In this document: piece by piece, positions 55,640 through 64,000 of the stretch
Numbering within the stretch: position 1 is the first letter of the stretch
Layout: every line of letters starts with the position of its first letter
Origin: Escherichia phage Mangalyan
Sequence record: OR449013
Direction: 5' to 3' (one strand)
Length of the DNA: 64,000 nucleotides
Translations under genes and position numbers: made by a program
The notes under the pieces: generated by a model
Database searches by the model: none
The model's input: the letters and a program-made list of their open reading frames with translations, nothing else
What the model was told of the DNA's origin: nothing

Positions 55640-56881
55640 AGTTTAGGACTGGATACCTCGGTCTTTGGTAGAATGATTACCAAAAACTACTTGAAAGTCC
55701 ACAAAATGGGTCTTGGTGAAGAACGTATTACACCTGTATTCCCTAAAGTGCTGTTCTTCCTGGAAGAGGGTGTTAACATGAACCCTGGGGATCCTAACTA
55801 TGATTTGAAACGATTAGCTCTGGAATGCTGTGCAGAACGTATCTACCCTGACTTCGTATCTGTACCACTAAATAGAAAAGTGACAGGCTCGACAGATGGC
55901 AAAGTAACGAGCATGGGTTGCCGGAGTTTTCTTAGCAAATATAATGACTTGGAAACAGGTGAGGAAAAATACCTTGGCAGATTCAACTTGGGTGTTGTTA
56001 GCCTTAACCTGCCAATGATTGCGGCAAAAGCTAAGACGGAAGGTGTTGATTTCTTTGCAGTTCTTGACGAATACTTGGATCTTGCATACGAGGCTCACCT
56101 TGTAAGGGTTAACCGTCTAAAAGGAACAAAGGCAGGGCAGAACCCCATCATGTGGTGTGAAGGCGCTCTTGCTCGCCTGGATCCTGAAGAAAGTATTGAT
56201 AAACTCTTCTATGACGGGTACGCTTCCATCAGCATTGGGTATATTGGTGTGTATGAAACCTGTCAGATTTTGGGCAGAGAGGGTGACAAGGCTTTAGCTC
56301 TTGGAATCCTTCAGCACATGAGAGATGCTTGTGAGCGATACAAGAAGGAAAGTAGACTAGCGTTTAGCTTGTACGGCACCCCTTCTGAGAGTCTATGCTA
56401 TAAAGCTGCAACCTGTCTGGATCGTGAATATCCTGAAGTGTTGAAGCACGAGCATGAATATCTCACCAACAGTTTCCATCAGCCAGTATGGATCAATAGC
56501 TCTCCTTTTGATAAGTGGGCGTATGAGGAAGGTTTTGCTATGATCTCCTCTGGTGGCAACATCGGATATGTAGAGACACCGAATCTGAAAAACAACTTAG
56601 ATGCTTTAGAGGCTCTTGTTGACTTCGGGTATAAACACATTATGTATTTTGGTATTAACCAACCTGTGGATAAATGTCTCAAGTGTGGTTTCTCTGGGGA
56701 GTTCAGTGCAACAGCTAAAGGCTTTGTATGCCCAGAGTGTGGAAACCATGAAGAGGGAACGATCAGTGTGATCAGACGTGTGTCTGGATACCTTTCCAGT
56801 CCTAACTCCCGTCCTTATAATAAAGGTAAGCAAGCGGAAGTTATCGAGCGAGTTAAGCACTATGGAAGTTGTAGTTGCTGA
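55640..56881 (+). CDS. nrdD: anaerobic ribonucleoside-triphosphate reductase, exon 2
   Basis: Glycyl-radical motif RVSGYL and zinc ribbon CLKCGF...CPECG; predicted 3' splice site after G at 55639 (P10 AGUUU / AAACU). Confidence 0.8.
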   Translation, partial: SLGLDTSVFGRMITKNYLKVHKMGLGEERITPVFPKVLFFLEEGVNMNPGDPNYDLKRLALECCAERIYPDFVSVPLNRKVTGSTDGKVTSMGCRSFLSKYNDLETGEEKYLGRFNLGVVSLNLPMIAAKAKTEGVDFFAVLDEYLDLAYEAHLVRVNRLKGTKAGQNPIMWCEGALARLDPEESIDKLFYDGYASISIGYIGVYETCQILGREGDKALALGILQHMRDACERYKKESRLAFSLYGTPSESLCYKAATCLDREYPEVLKHEHEYLTNSFHQPVWINSSPFDKWAYEEGFAMISSGGNIGYVETPNLKNNLDALEALVDFGYKHIMYFGINQPVDKCLKCGFSGEFSATAKGFVCPECGNHEEGTISVIRRVSGYLSSPNSRPYNKGKQAEVIERVKHYGSCSC

Positions 56882-56945
56882 TACTTGACAAAAGCCACAA
56901 GGATGTGGCACCATACAGATGTTTAGGGAAGTTAGGAAACAAGAG

Positions 56946-58079
56946 ATGGCTAAATTATCGACAGAAGAGTTTATAGAGAAGGCGAAAATCATTCACGGTT
57001 ATAAATACAATTACAAGAAAACAGTGTACGTGGATTGCTATGCGAAGGTTTGCATTACCTGTCAAATCCATGGAGATTTTATGCAAGCACCTTGTCAACA
57101 CTTGCAAGGTCGTGGTTGTCCTTTTTGTGCAAAACTTTCTCGTGCTACAAAGTGTAATAAAGGTCTTAAATTTGTAGAAAGAGCCAAAGAAATCCATGGA
57201 GATAACTATGACTACTCTCTCGTATACTACAAGACTTGCAAAGATAAAGTAGAAATAATCTGCAATACTTGTGGAAATCACTTTACACAGACACCTGACA
57301 ATCATATAAATTTGAAAAGAGGTTGTCCAGTTTGCAAGGGGTCAAGAATCTCACAAAGCAAAACCAAACCTCATGAAAAGTGGGTTGAGGACATAGAGAA
57401 GAAAAATACTTATATTGAAATATTAGAAGAGATCACCACTGGGTGGAATAAAGTATTATGTCGTTGCAAAGTTTGCAACCACGAATGGTCAGCTACGCCT
57501 GTTATCCTTAAGCGTGGTCACGGCTGCCCCGGATGTGGCGGATCTATGAAAAAGACCACTGAAGAGTTTATCCAGGACGCTGTGGCTATCCACGGGAACA
57601 AGTATGATTACTCTAAAGTGAGGTATGTGAATTCACACATCAAGGTTACAATTGTTTGCACAGATCATGGAGATTTCTGTCAATCCCCTACCCAGCATTT
57701 AGGAGGGGGAGGGTGTCCTAAATGCACCAAAAGAGGATTTTTATCCCACGATTGTGGTAAACTTTACATTATGGTTGATGATCCGGAAGTGCCTACATTT
57801 ATGAAAATAGGTGTCAGTCATAATGAAAGTAAGCGAAGAGACCAGATACTTAAAAGTGCACAAAGATCTGGAGCTGGTATCTGCGATCTGTACATAGTGA
57901 AAACGTTGGAAGGATCAACTGAAAACATGCTGGCTGTAGAAAAATCTATGCACAAAGCCTTCAGTAAATATAAAATAAACTTCCCTGTAAAATTTGATGG
58001 TAGCACCGAATTCTTCTACTACAGGCCTGAGGTGTTCAGCACAGTGGAAGCAGCGTACAAAGAGATCTGCGGTAAATGA
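56946..58079 (+). CDS. zinc-ribbon repeat protein with C-terminal T5orf172/GIY-YIG-like domain (putative freestanding homing endonuclease)
   Basis: Three repeats of HG-x-Y-x-Y...C-x-HG-F...GCP-x-C and C-terminal KLYIMVDDP...MKIGVS; located between nrdD and nrdG. Confidence 0.4.
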   Translation: MAKLSTEEFIEKAKIIHGYKYNYKKTVYVDCYAKVCITCQIHGDFMQAPCQHLQGRGCPFCAKLSRATKCNKGLKFVERAKEIHGDNYDYSLVYYKTCKDKVEIICNTCGNHFTQTPDNHINLKRGCPVCKGSRISQSKTKPHEKWVEDIEKKNTYIEILEEITTGWNKVLCRCKVCNHEWSATPVILKRGHGCPGCGGSMKKTTEEFIQDAVAIHGNKYDYSKVRYVNSHIKVTIVCTDHGDFCQSPTQHLGGGGCPKCTKRGFLSHDCGKLYIMVDDPEVPTFMKIGVSHNESKRRDQILKSAQRSGAGICDLYIVKTLEGSTENMLAVEKSMHKAFSKYKINFPVKFDGSTEFFYYRPEVFSTVEAAYKEICGK

Positions 58080-58131
58080 TCGTAGAAAGATACACATATC
58101 TTAAACATGCTATAAACTAAGGAGGTACAGT

Positions 58132-58248
58132 ATGTCTACAGGCATTTATAAAATTTGCAAGTGTGGTTGTCGTTGCAATCTTCGTTGGTGCAAGGCACTG
58201 GACGATTTTATTTGGCATTGTCCTGAATGCGATGCAGAGTACTTATAA
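58132..58248 (+). CDS. 38-aa cysteine-rich micro-protein (MSTGIYKICKCGCRCNLRWCKALDDFIWHCPECDAEYL)
   Basis: ATG preceded by AAGGAGG; 8 Cys in 38 aa; below track size cutoff. Confidence 0.4.
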   Translation: MSTGIYKICKCGCRCNLRWCKALDDFIWHCPECDAEYL

Positions 58249-58263
58249 GCATAAGGGGTCGAA

Positions 58264-58368
58264 ATGCGGAAATCTATCAAGAAAATCAAGATAAAATTGT
58301 TAGCACTGAAGCGTAAGTATAAAAAGTTATACGGCTTCATCAAATGGACTTTTATAAGTTTATCTTGA
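58264..58368 (+). CDS. 34-aa basic micro-ORF (MRKSIKKIKIKLLALKRKYKKLYGFIKWTFISLS)
   Basis: ATG with AAGGGG SD; may be non-coding. Confidence 0.25.
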   Translation: MRKSIKKIKIKLLALKRKYKKLYGFIKWTFISLS

Positions 58369-58399
58369 ATAGAAGCACACCACAGAAGAGAGGTTCCTT

Positions 58400-58636
58400 A
58401 TGGTAGGTGTCTGTGTAAAAGCTAACAGATGGTTTACATTCGGCAAGGATTACGAAATTATCTTTCATTCGGACAGAGCCACAACAGTAGAAAGCGATGA
58501 TGGGTGCTACTGGTTCGTTAGTTACCAGGGTGATGGGTATTATAGATCTACTGATTCCAGAGGGGAAGAAGCTGTTTTCTTAGATAGAGCTTATTGTGGG
58601 CCTGAATATCCCTACCTCAAAGAGGGTAAGGAATGA
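58400..58636 (+). CDS. hypothetical protein
   Basis: 78-aa ORF; stop overlaps nrdG start. Confidence 0.4.
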   Translation: MVGVCVKANRWFTFGKDYEIIFHSDRATTVESDDGCYWFVSYQGDGYYRSTDSRGEEAVFLDRAYCGPEYPYLKEGKE

Positions 58637-59106
58637 ATGTTGTTAATATTATAGAGTGTAGCATGGTTGACGGCCCAGGCATTAGGACAACGGTGTTCTG
58701 TTCTGGTTGTCCACATCACTGCGTTGGTTGCCAAAACAAAAGTGTTTGGTCACCCGCTAAAGGGGAACCGTTAACAAATGACACAATTGAGAGTATACTT
58801 CACTCTATAGAGCCGAAACATATTACTGGCGTTACATTATGCGGTGGCGAACCTTTAGCGCCTTACAATATCGATGGTATGTACTCGATCATTCTCGCTA
58901 TCCGTGAACGCTTCGGCAACACAAAAACTATCTGGGTGTACACAGGGTATTTGTTTGAAGAAGTCCCAGGTTATATTAAAGATAGTGTCGATTACATTAT
59001 GGATGGTAAGTACGAAAAAGATAACCCCACCAAAAAACCATTCAGAGGTAGTGATAACCAAAGAATGTTTAAAAAAGTATCAGGCGGTTGGGTTCAGGTA
59101 GACTAG
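58633..59106 (+). CDS. nrdG: anaerobic ribonucleotide reductase activating protein (radical SAM)
   Basis: CSGCPHHCVGC cluster motif; 157 aa. Confidence 0.8.
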   Translation: MNVVNIIECSMVDGPGIRTTVFCSGCPHHCVGCQNKSVWSPAKGEPLTNDTIESILHSIEPKHITGVTLCGGEPLAPYNIDGMYSIILAIRERFGNTKTIWVYTGYLFEEVPGYIKDSVDYIMDGKYEKDNPTKKPFRGSDNQRMFKKVSGGWVQVD

Positions 59107-59109
59107 CTG

Positions 59110-59139
59110 TTGACAAAGCTTTGTTTAGATAGGTATAAT
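59110..59139 (+). promoter_or_regulatory. strong sigma70-like promoter (TTGACA-18-TATAAT)
   Basis: TTGACAAAGC...TATAATTATCG, immediately upstream of the 59171 micro-ORF. Confidence 0.6.
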
Positions 59140-59170
59140 TATCGTAAAATGAAAGCAGAGGAGGTGCCAA

Positions 59171-59284
59171 ATGGCTAAAAAAGCCTTGAAGAAGGCGTAC
59201 AAAAAAGAAATTGCGCTTGAGCTCAAGAAAAAACACAAGCGTGAAAAGAAACATCATGAGGATGAAGAGGAGCTGCAACAGTGA
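59171..59284 (+). CDS. 37-aa highly basic micro-protein (MAKKALKKAYKKEIALELKKKHKREKKHHEDEEELQQ)
   Basis: ATG with AGAGGAGG SD directly downstream of the strongest promoter; stop overlaps next gene GTG start. Confidence 0.35.
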   Translation: MAKKALKKAYKKEIALELKKKHKREKKHHEDEEELQQ

Positions 59285-59631
59285 CACAAGAACGTATCGA
59301 TTTGGCTAATAAGTTTGTAGATCTCATTTTGCCACGGTTAGTTACTCAACATGCAGACGCTATTTCTACTAATCTTGATGGCTTACGCCTAATGCTGAAT
59401 CGCACAGATGACCCTCGCATTCGGGCTGATTTAGAAGCCTCTGCCAACAAACTGGAAAAGTTCTTGCAAGTAGATACGCAAGAAGCCTTACACAAGATTA
59501 TGGTGGAAGGTTTCTCTAAAGAATTTACCATTAAAGAGCTTAAGGAGCTGATCCACCAAGAAGAGATGAATATCCGAGTTCAGGCTGTTGCAAGCAGCAT
59601 GGAAGCGGCTATTGAAAAACTGTTGCAGTAA
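59281..59631 (+). CDS. hypothetical protein
   Basis: 116-aa ORF, GTG start. Confidence 0.4.
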   Translation: MTQERIDLANKFVDLILPRLVTQHADAISTNLDGLRLMLNRTDDPRIRADLEASANKLEKFLQVDTQEALHKIMVEGFSKEFTIKELKELIHQEEMNIRVQAVASSMEAAIEKLLQ

Positions 59632-59669
59632 AAGTACTTGGCACATCTCAATCTGAAAGGAGTCCCAAC

Positions 59670-60458
59670 ATGGGTCGAGCTAAAGAAACAAAACGCATGC
59701 GTGATGAAGCTAGAGAGGCTCGCAAATCTGATCGCCTGCGCAAGGCTGCTGAGAAATTTGCTGACGAAAGAGAGCACACCGCTCCAGCTCTCCGACCAAT
59801 GAATAAGAAGCAGCAAAAGTATCTTGATTATCTAGGGTCACGTAAGATTATCATTGTAAACGGTGTGTTTGGATCCGGTAAGACATTCATGGCATCTGCA
59901 TATGCAGGTGATCTTCTGCGTAAGAACGAGATTGATAAGATCATTGTTGCACGTCCTTACGTTCAGACAGGAAAGACTTCAGGATTTAAACCTGGAAATG
60001 CAATGCAGAAACTGTGGCCCTATCTTCGAAGCATGATGGACACGATTTGTCGTCGTGTTGGCAAAGGTGCTTTTGCCGCAATGCTGGGAGACGGTCAGAA
60101 CAGTCGTATCGAGATTTGTGAAGTTGAAAGCATTCGTGGTCGTAGTTTCGATGAGCGATGCTTTGTCCTGATTGACGAGGCACAGCAAACTAACCCTGAA
60201 GAAATGTTGTCAATTATCACAAGGATCTCTGATCAGGCCACCCTTGTAATCATGGGCGATAATAGCCAACGTGACATCCCTGGTAAATCTGGACTTGCAT
60301 GGGTGACGGATTTCTTTACTCGTCATCCAGATCCTGAGGTTGGAATGATCAGCTTTGATAGTCCAGACGATGTCGTTCGTTCCGGATTGGGTCGTCAGAT
60401 TGCACTCAATCTTATTGAGGATCGTGCAAATCATATTTGGACCCCTGTTTCCGAGTAA
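59670..60458 (+). CDS. phoH: PhoH-like ATPase
   Basis: Walker A GVFGSGKT, Walker B LIDEAQ; 262 aa. Confidence 0.8.
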   Translation: MGRAKETKRMRDEAREARKSDRLRKAAEKFADEREHTAPALRPMNKKQQKYLDYLGSRKIIIVNGVFGSGKTFMASAYAGDLLRKNEIDKIIVARPYVQTGKTSGFKPGNAMQKLWPYLRSMMDTICRRVGKGAFAAMLGDGQNSRIEICEVESIRGRSFDERCFVLIDEAQQTNPEEMLSIITRISDQATLVIMGDNSQRDIPGKSGLAWVTDFFTRHPDPEVGMISFDSPDDVVRSGLGRQIALNLIEDRANHIWTPVSE

Positions 60459-60502
60459 CACAGAAGGGTGGTTATTCCACCCTTAGATATCTAAAACAGT
60501 TG

Positions 60503-60531
60503 TTGACAAACAGGTAAGCTTTAGATATTAT
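60503..60531 (+). promoter_or_regulatory. sigma70-like promoter (TTGACA-17-TATTAT)
   Basis: TTGACAAAC...TATTATTATCGG upstream of the 60557 gene. Confidence 0.6.
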
Positions 60532-60556
60532 TATCGGACAAGGAGAAGGAGATAGT

Positions 60557-60868
60557 ATGGCTACAGTACAAGAGAAACTGAATAAAATATACTGCCTGTT
60601 TGTCTATAACGGCGAGACAATTCTGGCATATAAAGGATCCAAGAATGTATGGATCAAGGACAGTGGTGGTAATATAATCAACTTAGCGTTGCTACGTGAG
60701 CGCCGACACAGATTCTTTATCGAGTCTCGGATTATTGAAAGCAGCACCTGCTACAGAACAGGCGATAAAGTAATTGTTGACAATGATACGTGGTATGTGG
60801 TAGACTGGCAATCACTGAGCTGTGATGCTTCTGACAATCGTAAGTACTCTATAGTGATTGCTAAATAA
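60557..60868 (+). CDS. hypothetical protein
   Basis: 103-aa ORF with AAGGAGAAGGAG SD. Confidence 0.4.
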   Translation: MATVQEKLNKIYCLFVYNGETILAYKGSKNVWIKDSGGNIINLALLRERRHRFFIESRIIESSTCYRTGDKVIVDNDTWYVVDWQSLSCDASDNRKYSIVIAK

Positions 60869-60928
60869 AGGTAAATGTGAATCAGGTTTAAATAAATAGC
60901 TTTCAACTTCCAATATTAAGGATCTCTC

Positions 60929-61978
60929 ATGAATTTAACACCTCGCAGCACCATGGTACACGGCATGAAAGAAAAACAGAACGGTTTCGAACCTATGAGT
61001 AATAAAATGTTTGGTATGCCGGGGGGTATTATGGAAACATATAGCTACCCAACACCTGTTGTTGACCACGTTCTTTATATCGACGATTTGGAAGACTTAC
61101 AAGATCATATGTCTCGTCTGCAGACGATCCGTATGGCTCAGCCGGAAGAAAGCATTCGGGTGATCATCAATAGCCCAGGGGGCTGCGTGCACATTGCAAT
61201 GGCTTATTTGCAGGCATTCCGCGAGTCTCAGGCAAGCGTTGTTGCACACGCTGAAGGGATGTGCTGCTCGGCAGGAACAATCTTATGGCTGGGCTGCAAA
61301 GAACGAACTGTGGCTCCGGACACAGAATTTATGTTCCACTACTATCAAGGTGGCACCTATGGTAACGGTGTGAACATGAATACCCAGATCAACTACTGGA
61401 AGAAACGTTTTGAACGCCTGATCGAAAAATACTACGGTGGGGTGTTAACAGAAGATGAGATCGCATCCATCACAGCTGGCGGTGAAGTGTGGTTAGATGG
61501 AGAAGAACTGGCATCTAGAACTGGTGCTATCATTCTGGACGATGAAAACATTCAGCGCATTCAGAATGGACAGAAACCGAAAAAGCTTTTGGCAAAAAGT
61601 GATGAAGAAGGTGTGCTAGGCGAAGCAGGCCTGCCAGAGATTCACCAATGCACATCTCTGGACGAGCTGGTTCATGCTGTTGAGTCTGCAAAAGCAAATG
61701 GTATGAAAGATGATGTTCACACTGTGTTCCTGAATCTGCAGATGGAAAGTGGCGAGACCGTCCGGATCGCCCTGGGTGAAATTACTTCAGAAGATCTGCA
61801 GCGATTCTCTGTCGTCGAACTTCAGGATATTCTGTCTCAATTGAAGACTACTCTGAACGGCGGTGAAGAGGTTAAGGTGAAAGACAAGACCCGCAAGCGT
61901 CTGATGGACAATATCATTAAAACAGCAAAAGAGCTCAATGAAAAAATCCTGGGTGCAGGAATTGTCGAAGAAGCTTAA
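60929..61978 (+). CDS. ClpP-like serine protease (S14 family) with C-terminal extension
   Basis: INSPGGCV, catalytic-Ser context MCCSAGT and His context MFHYY match the ClpP family; ~130-aa helical C-terminal extension. Confidence 0.6.
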   Translation: MNLTPRSTMVHGMKEKQNGFEPMSNKMFGMPGGIMETYSYPTPVVDHVLYIDDLEDLQDHMSRLQTIRMAQPEESIRVIINSPGGCVHIAMAYLQAFRESQASVVAHAEGMCCSAGTILWLGCKERTVAPDTEFMFHYYQGGTYGNGVNMNTQINYWKKRFERLIEKYYGGVLTEDEIASITAGGEVWLDGEELASRTGAIILDDENIQRIQNGQKPKKLLAKSDEEGVLGEAGLPEIHQCTSLDELVHAVESAKANGMKDDVHTVFLNLQMESGETVRIALGEITSEDLQRFSVVELQDILSQLKTTLNGGEEVKVKDKTRKRLMDNIIKTAKELNEKILGAGIVEEA

Positions 61979-61991
61979 ACATTAATTCTAA

Positions 61992-62013
61992 AGCCCTCTT
62001 CGGAGGGCTTTTA
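61992..62013 (+). terminator. rho-independent terminator
   Basis: AGCCCTC-TTCG-GAGGGCT followed by TTTTAT. Confidence 0.6.
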
Positions 62014-62029
62014 TGATCTGGAGATTTGC

Positions 62030-62563
62030 ATGACTTGTGCTAGAAAACCTGATGAACAACGTAACGCCTACGATGAGTATGTGACACCGGAGTGGTGTGC
62101 AGAAGGGCTGTATGACCTTATTCCGTTCCCAGAAGACTGGACCTACTTAGAGCCTTGCAGGAATAGTGCCTCAGGTGTGTTCTACTCCCGTATGCCGTTA
62201 GGATCTGCATGGGGAGAAATACAAGAAGGTGTTGACTATCTGAATACAGAATACAACCATGTTGACTGTATTATCACCAACCCACCATACAGCCTGGCTC
62301 GTGAGTTTGTAGACAAGGCGTTGAAAGATGCTGACGTAGTTATTATGCTTTTGCGTCTTAATTTTCTGGAAAGCAAAGCCAGATTTGAATGGTGGCTTGA
62401 TAATGCACCTACTACTGTGATCACAATATCTAAGCGTCCATCATTTCAATCAAACGGCAGAACTGACGGGCAAGCATATGCATATTTTGTGTGGGATAAG
62501 AAAAACCGTTTAGACTTGCCGCCGTTTATGTGGTTGGCACCCCCAGAGGTAGACCTGAAATGA
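62030..62563 (+). CDS. small N6-adenine DNA methyltransferase (phage Dam-like)
   Basis: Catalytic motif IITNPPYS; N-terminal YDEYVTPEW; 177 aa. Confidence 0.6.
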   Translation: MTCARKPDEQRNAYDEYVTPEWCAEGLYDLIPFPEDWTYLEPCRNSASGVFYSRMPLGSAWGEIQEGVDYLNTEYNHVDCIITNPPYSLAREFVDKALKDADVVIMLLRLNFLESKARFEWWLDNAPTTVITISKRPSFQSNGRTDGQAYAYFVWDKKNRLDLPPFMWLAPPEVDLK

Positions 62564-62844
62564 AAATGAGTGCTAAGGACAAATTACACCAGCTAGCGCT
62601 AAAACGCCCTGTAACGCTCCCTGACGAGCTTAACTCCATTTATGATGCGATTGTAGGGGAGATACAAAATAAAGCGTTAGCAGGCTTTCTGGGGTGCGGA
62701 TTTTCGATAAATCTACCCTCGCATCTCTCAGATTACTTCCCGCACATTGTTGGAGATTTAAGGGCAGGAGGTCTGCAGGTAGATGTTGTTGGCATCTCCC
62801 CAGAGAAAAATAATACGGTTGCCTACTTGACAGTAACCTGGTAG
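62560..62844 (+). CDS. hypothetical protein
   Basis: ATG 62560 overlapping the methyltransferase stop (ATGA) with GAGGT SD. Confidence 0.35.
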   Translation: MKMSAKDKLHQLALKRPVTLPDELNSIYDAIVGEIQNKALAGFLGCGFSINLPSHLSDYFPHIVGDLRAGGLQVDVVGISPEKNNTVAYLTVTW

Positions 62845-62880
62845 TTGTGTATTGTTGTTTTCAACAAGAGGGGGTCATTT

Positions 62881-63120
62881 ATGTACAAGTCATTTTCAAT
62901 CTACTCAAGACAGGCGAAACACTACACAGAGATCCTGATCACTCAGAAAAAATCTGTGGAAGGTGAGTGGGAATATCACCATAAAATGTTGCGTCCAGAC
63001 TGGGTTTTTGATAGACTTATTGCTATGATCCCTCTCGGAGAAGTATACCCTCTGACAGCCCATCGCGATGCTTGGGATTTAATTGATTACATAGATTCAT
63101 TTAAGGAGCCTAGATTATGA
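62881..63120 (+). CDS. hypothetical protein
   Basis: ATG 62881 with AGAGGGGG SD. Confidence 0.35.
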   Translation: MYKSFSIYSRQAKHYTEILITQKKSVEGEWEYHHKMLRPDWVFDRLIAMIPLGEVYPLTAHRDAWDLIDYIDSFKEPRL

Positions 63121-63515
63121 AGATTGAGATTACTAAAGAAGGTAAGAAAGTGTCCGGCAACTATGCAACAGTAATTCGGGATTTAATGTTTGAAGCCACC
63201 AAGATCGGTACATCTAAAGTTGGTCAAACTGTTAGTGTGAAAAGTAATATCTCCACAGGAGAGAAGGTATTCATTGTGGTCAAAGGGCAGGATCCCGTGG
63301 AAGGAACAGTGGGCCGAGGTGGCTACCTGTGCATTTCTGAAGAGCCGCGTATGTTAGTGGCTGACGCTACTATGGGTGGGAAACGTGTGTGCGAGGCGGA
63401 TGAGGTAATGATTATCCAACCTGTTGATCCAGATGACCCAGCAACTTGGGTGGTAGGAAATGAAATCTTCTCTTTAGAAGAGTTATCCTTCCCAGCACCG
63501 CGCTCTGTTCAGTAA
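63117..63515 (+). CDS. hypothetical protein
   Basis: 132-aa ORF coupled to upstream gene. Confidence 0.4.
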   Translation: MKIEITKEGKKVSGNYATVIRDLMFEATKIGTSKVGQTVSVKSNISTGEKVFIVVKGQDPVEGTVGRGGYLCISEEPRMLVADATMGGKRVCEADEVMIIQPVDPDDPATWVVGNEIFSLEELSFPAPRSVQ

Positions 63516-63554
63516 TAATTTATCTTACCAGGGACGGTAGAAGCAGGAGGTAGC

Positions 63555-63788
63555 ATGAAAGTTAAATTTCTTACAGATTTAGGGTACCCTTCCTTGGTTG
63601 ACTGCGTTGGTAAAATTGTGGAAGCAAAACGGCTATCTGCAAACGAGAATGTTGTCCTGGTTAAGGGAAAGGATTTACTAGCTGCAGGTGCAGAGTCTGG
63701 CAGGATCTCTCCTGACTATACATATTACCTATCTTTAAGTAATCTGCCAGAACGAGGCGGCAAAGGCCTTGAAGTTGTGGAGGAGTGA
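63555..63788 (+). CDS. hypothetical protein
   Basis: 77-aa ORF with AGGAGG SD. Confidence 0.4.
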   Translation: MKVKFLTDLGYPSLVDCVGKIVEAKRLSANENVVLVKGKDLLAAGAESGRISPDYTYYLSLSNLPERGGKGLEVVEE

Positions 63789-63794
63789 CAGGTA

Positions 63795-64000
63795 TGCTTC
63801 TTATTAACTGGGAAGACCTCTATGGGGACAAAGACCCTGTTGCGTTTGTTGATCGTAGATGGAGATATACTGAAGAACAACTGGCTGCAAAAAATTTAAC
63901 TGCGAAACGCAGAAAGATTATCCAGTGCAAGTACAAATACGCACAGTTTGCTGCAAAAGTGTCTCCACAAATCGAGAGCTTTGTACTTAAATTGTATGAC
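63795..64000 (+). CDS. hypothetical protein (5' part; runs off window end)
   Basis: ATG at 63795 after GGAGGAG; frame open to the window end. Confidence 0.35.

Noticed and set aside
58146-58343. 65-aa minus-strand ORF between the zinc-ribbon repeat gene and nrdG
   Set aside because: Opposite to the direction of all neighbouring genes and lacking an SD; plus-strand micro-ORFs with good SDs occupy the same space.
1-64000. Prophage or integrative element interpretation
   Set aside because: No integrase, repressor/anti-repressor pair, attachment-site repeats or host-like flanking genes; content is typical of a virulent phage.

Overview
This 64-kb window looks like part of a large virulent tailed dsDNA phage of an enterobacterial-type host (the endolysin is lambda-R-like); no integrase, CRISPR array or rRNA was seen. 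Positions 1-29.8 kb are a minus-strand virion module: a terminase large subunit split by an ORF-less group I intron, portal, scaffold, decoration protein, lambda-E-like major capsid protein, sheath-like and tube-like proteins, a tail chaperone pair, a 778-aa tape measure protein, baseplate and spike proteins, three large fibre/spike proteins and a gpJ-like gene running off the left edge; a spanin pair sits beside the terminase. Positions 30.2-31.0 kb hold six canonical minus-strand tRNA genes plus one atypical 99-nt tRNA-like gene. Positions 31-35 kb carry small minus-strand genes between two GC-rich ORF-free islands, an AT-rich palindromic segment, four tandem palindromic 21-22-bp repeats, and a polynucleotide kinase plus metallophosphatase pair divergent from an RNA ligase. 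Positions 35-64 kb are a plus-strand nucleotide-metabolism and DNA-processing module: Sir2-like and MazG-like proteins, DNA ligase, endolysin, several nucleases, two adenine methyltransferases, dNMP kinase, ThyX, NrdA/NrdB/glutaredoxin, NrdD split by a group I intron carrying an HNH homing endonuclease, NrdG, PhoH and a ClpP-like protease. All functional calls are from motifs read by eye, no searches were run, and coordinates of non-ORF elements may be off by a few nt.
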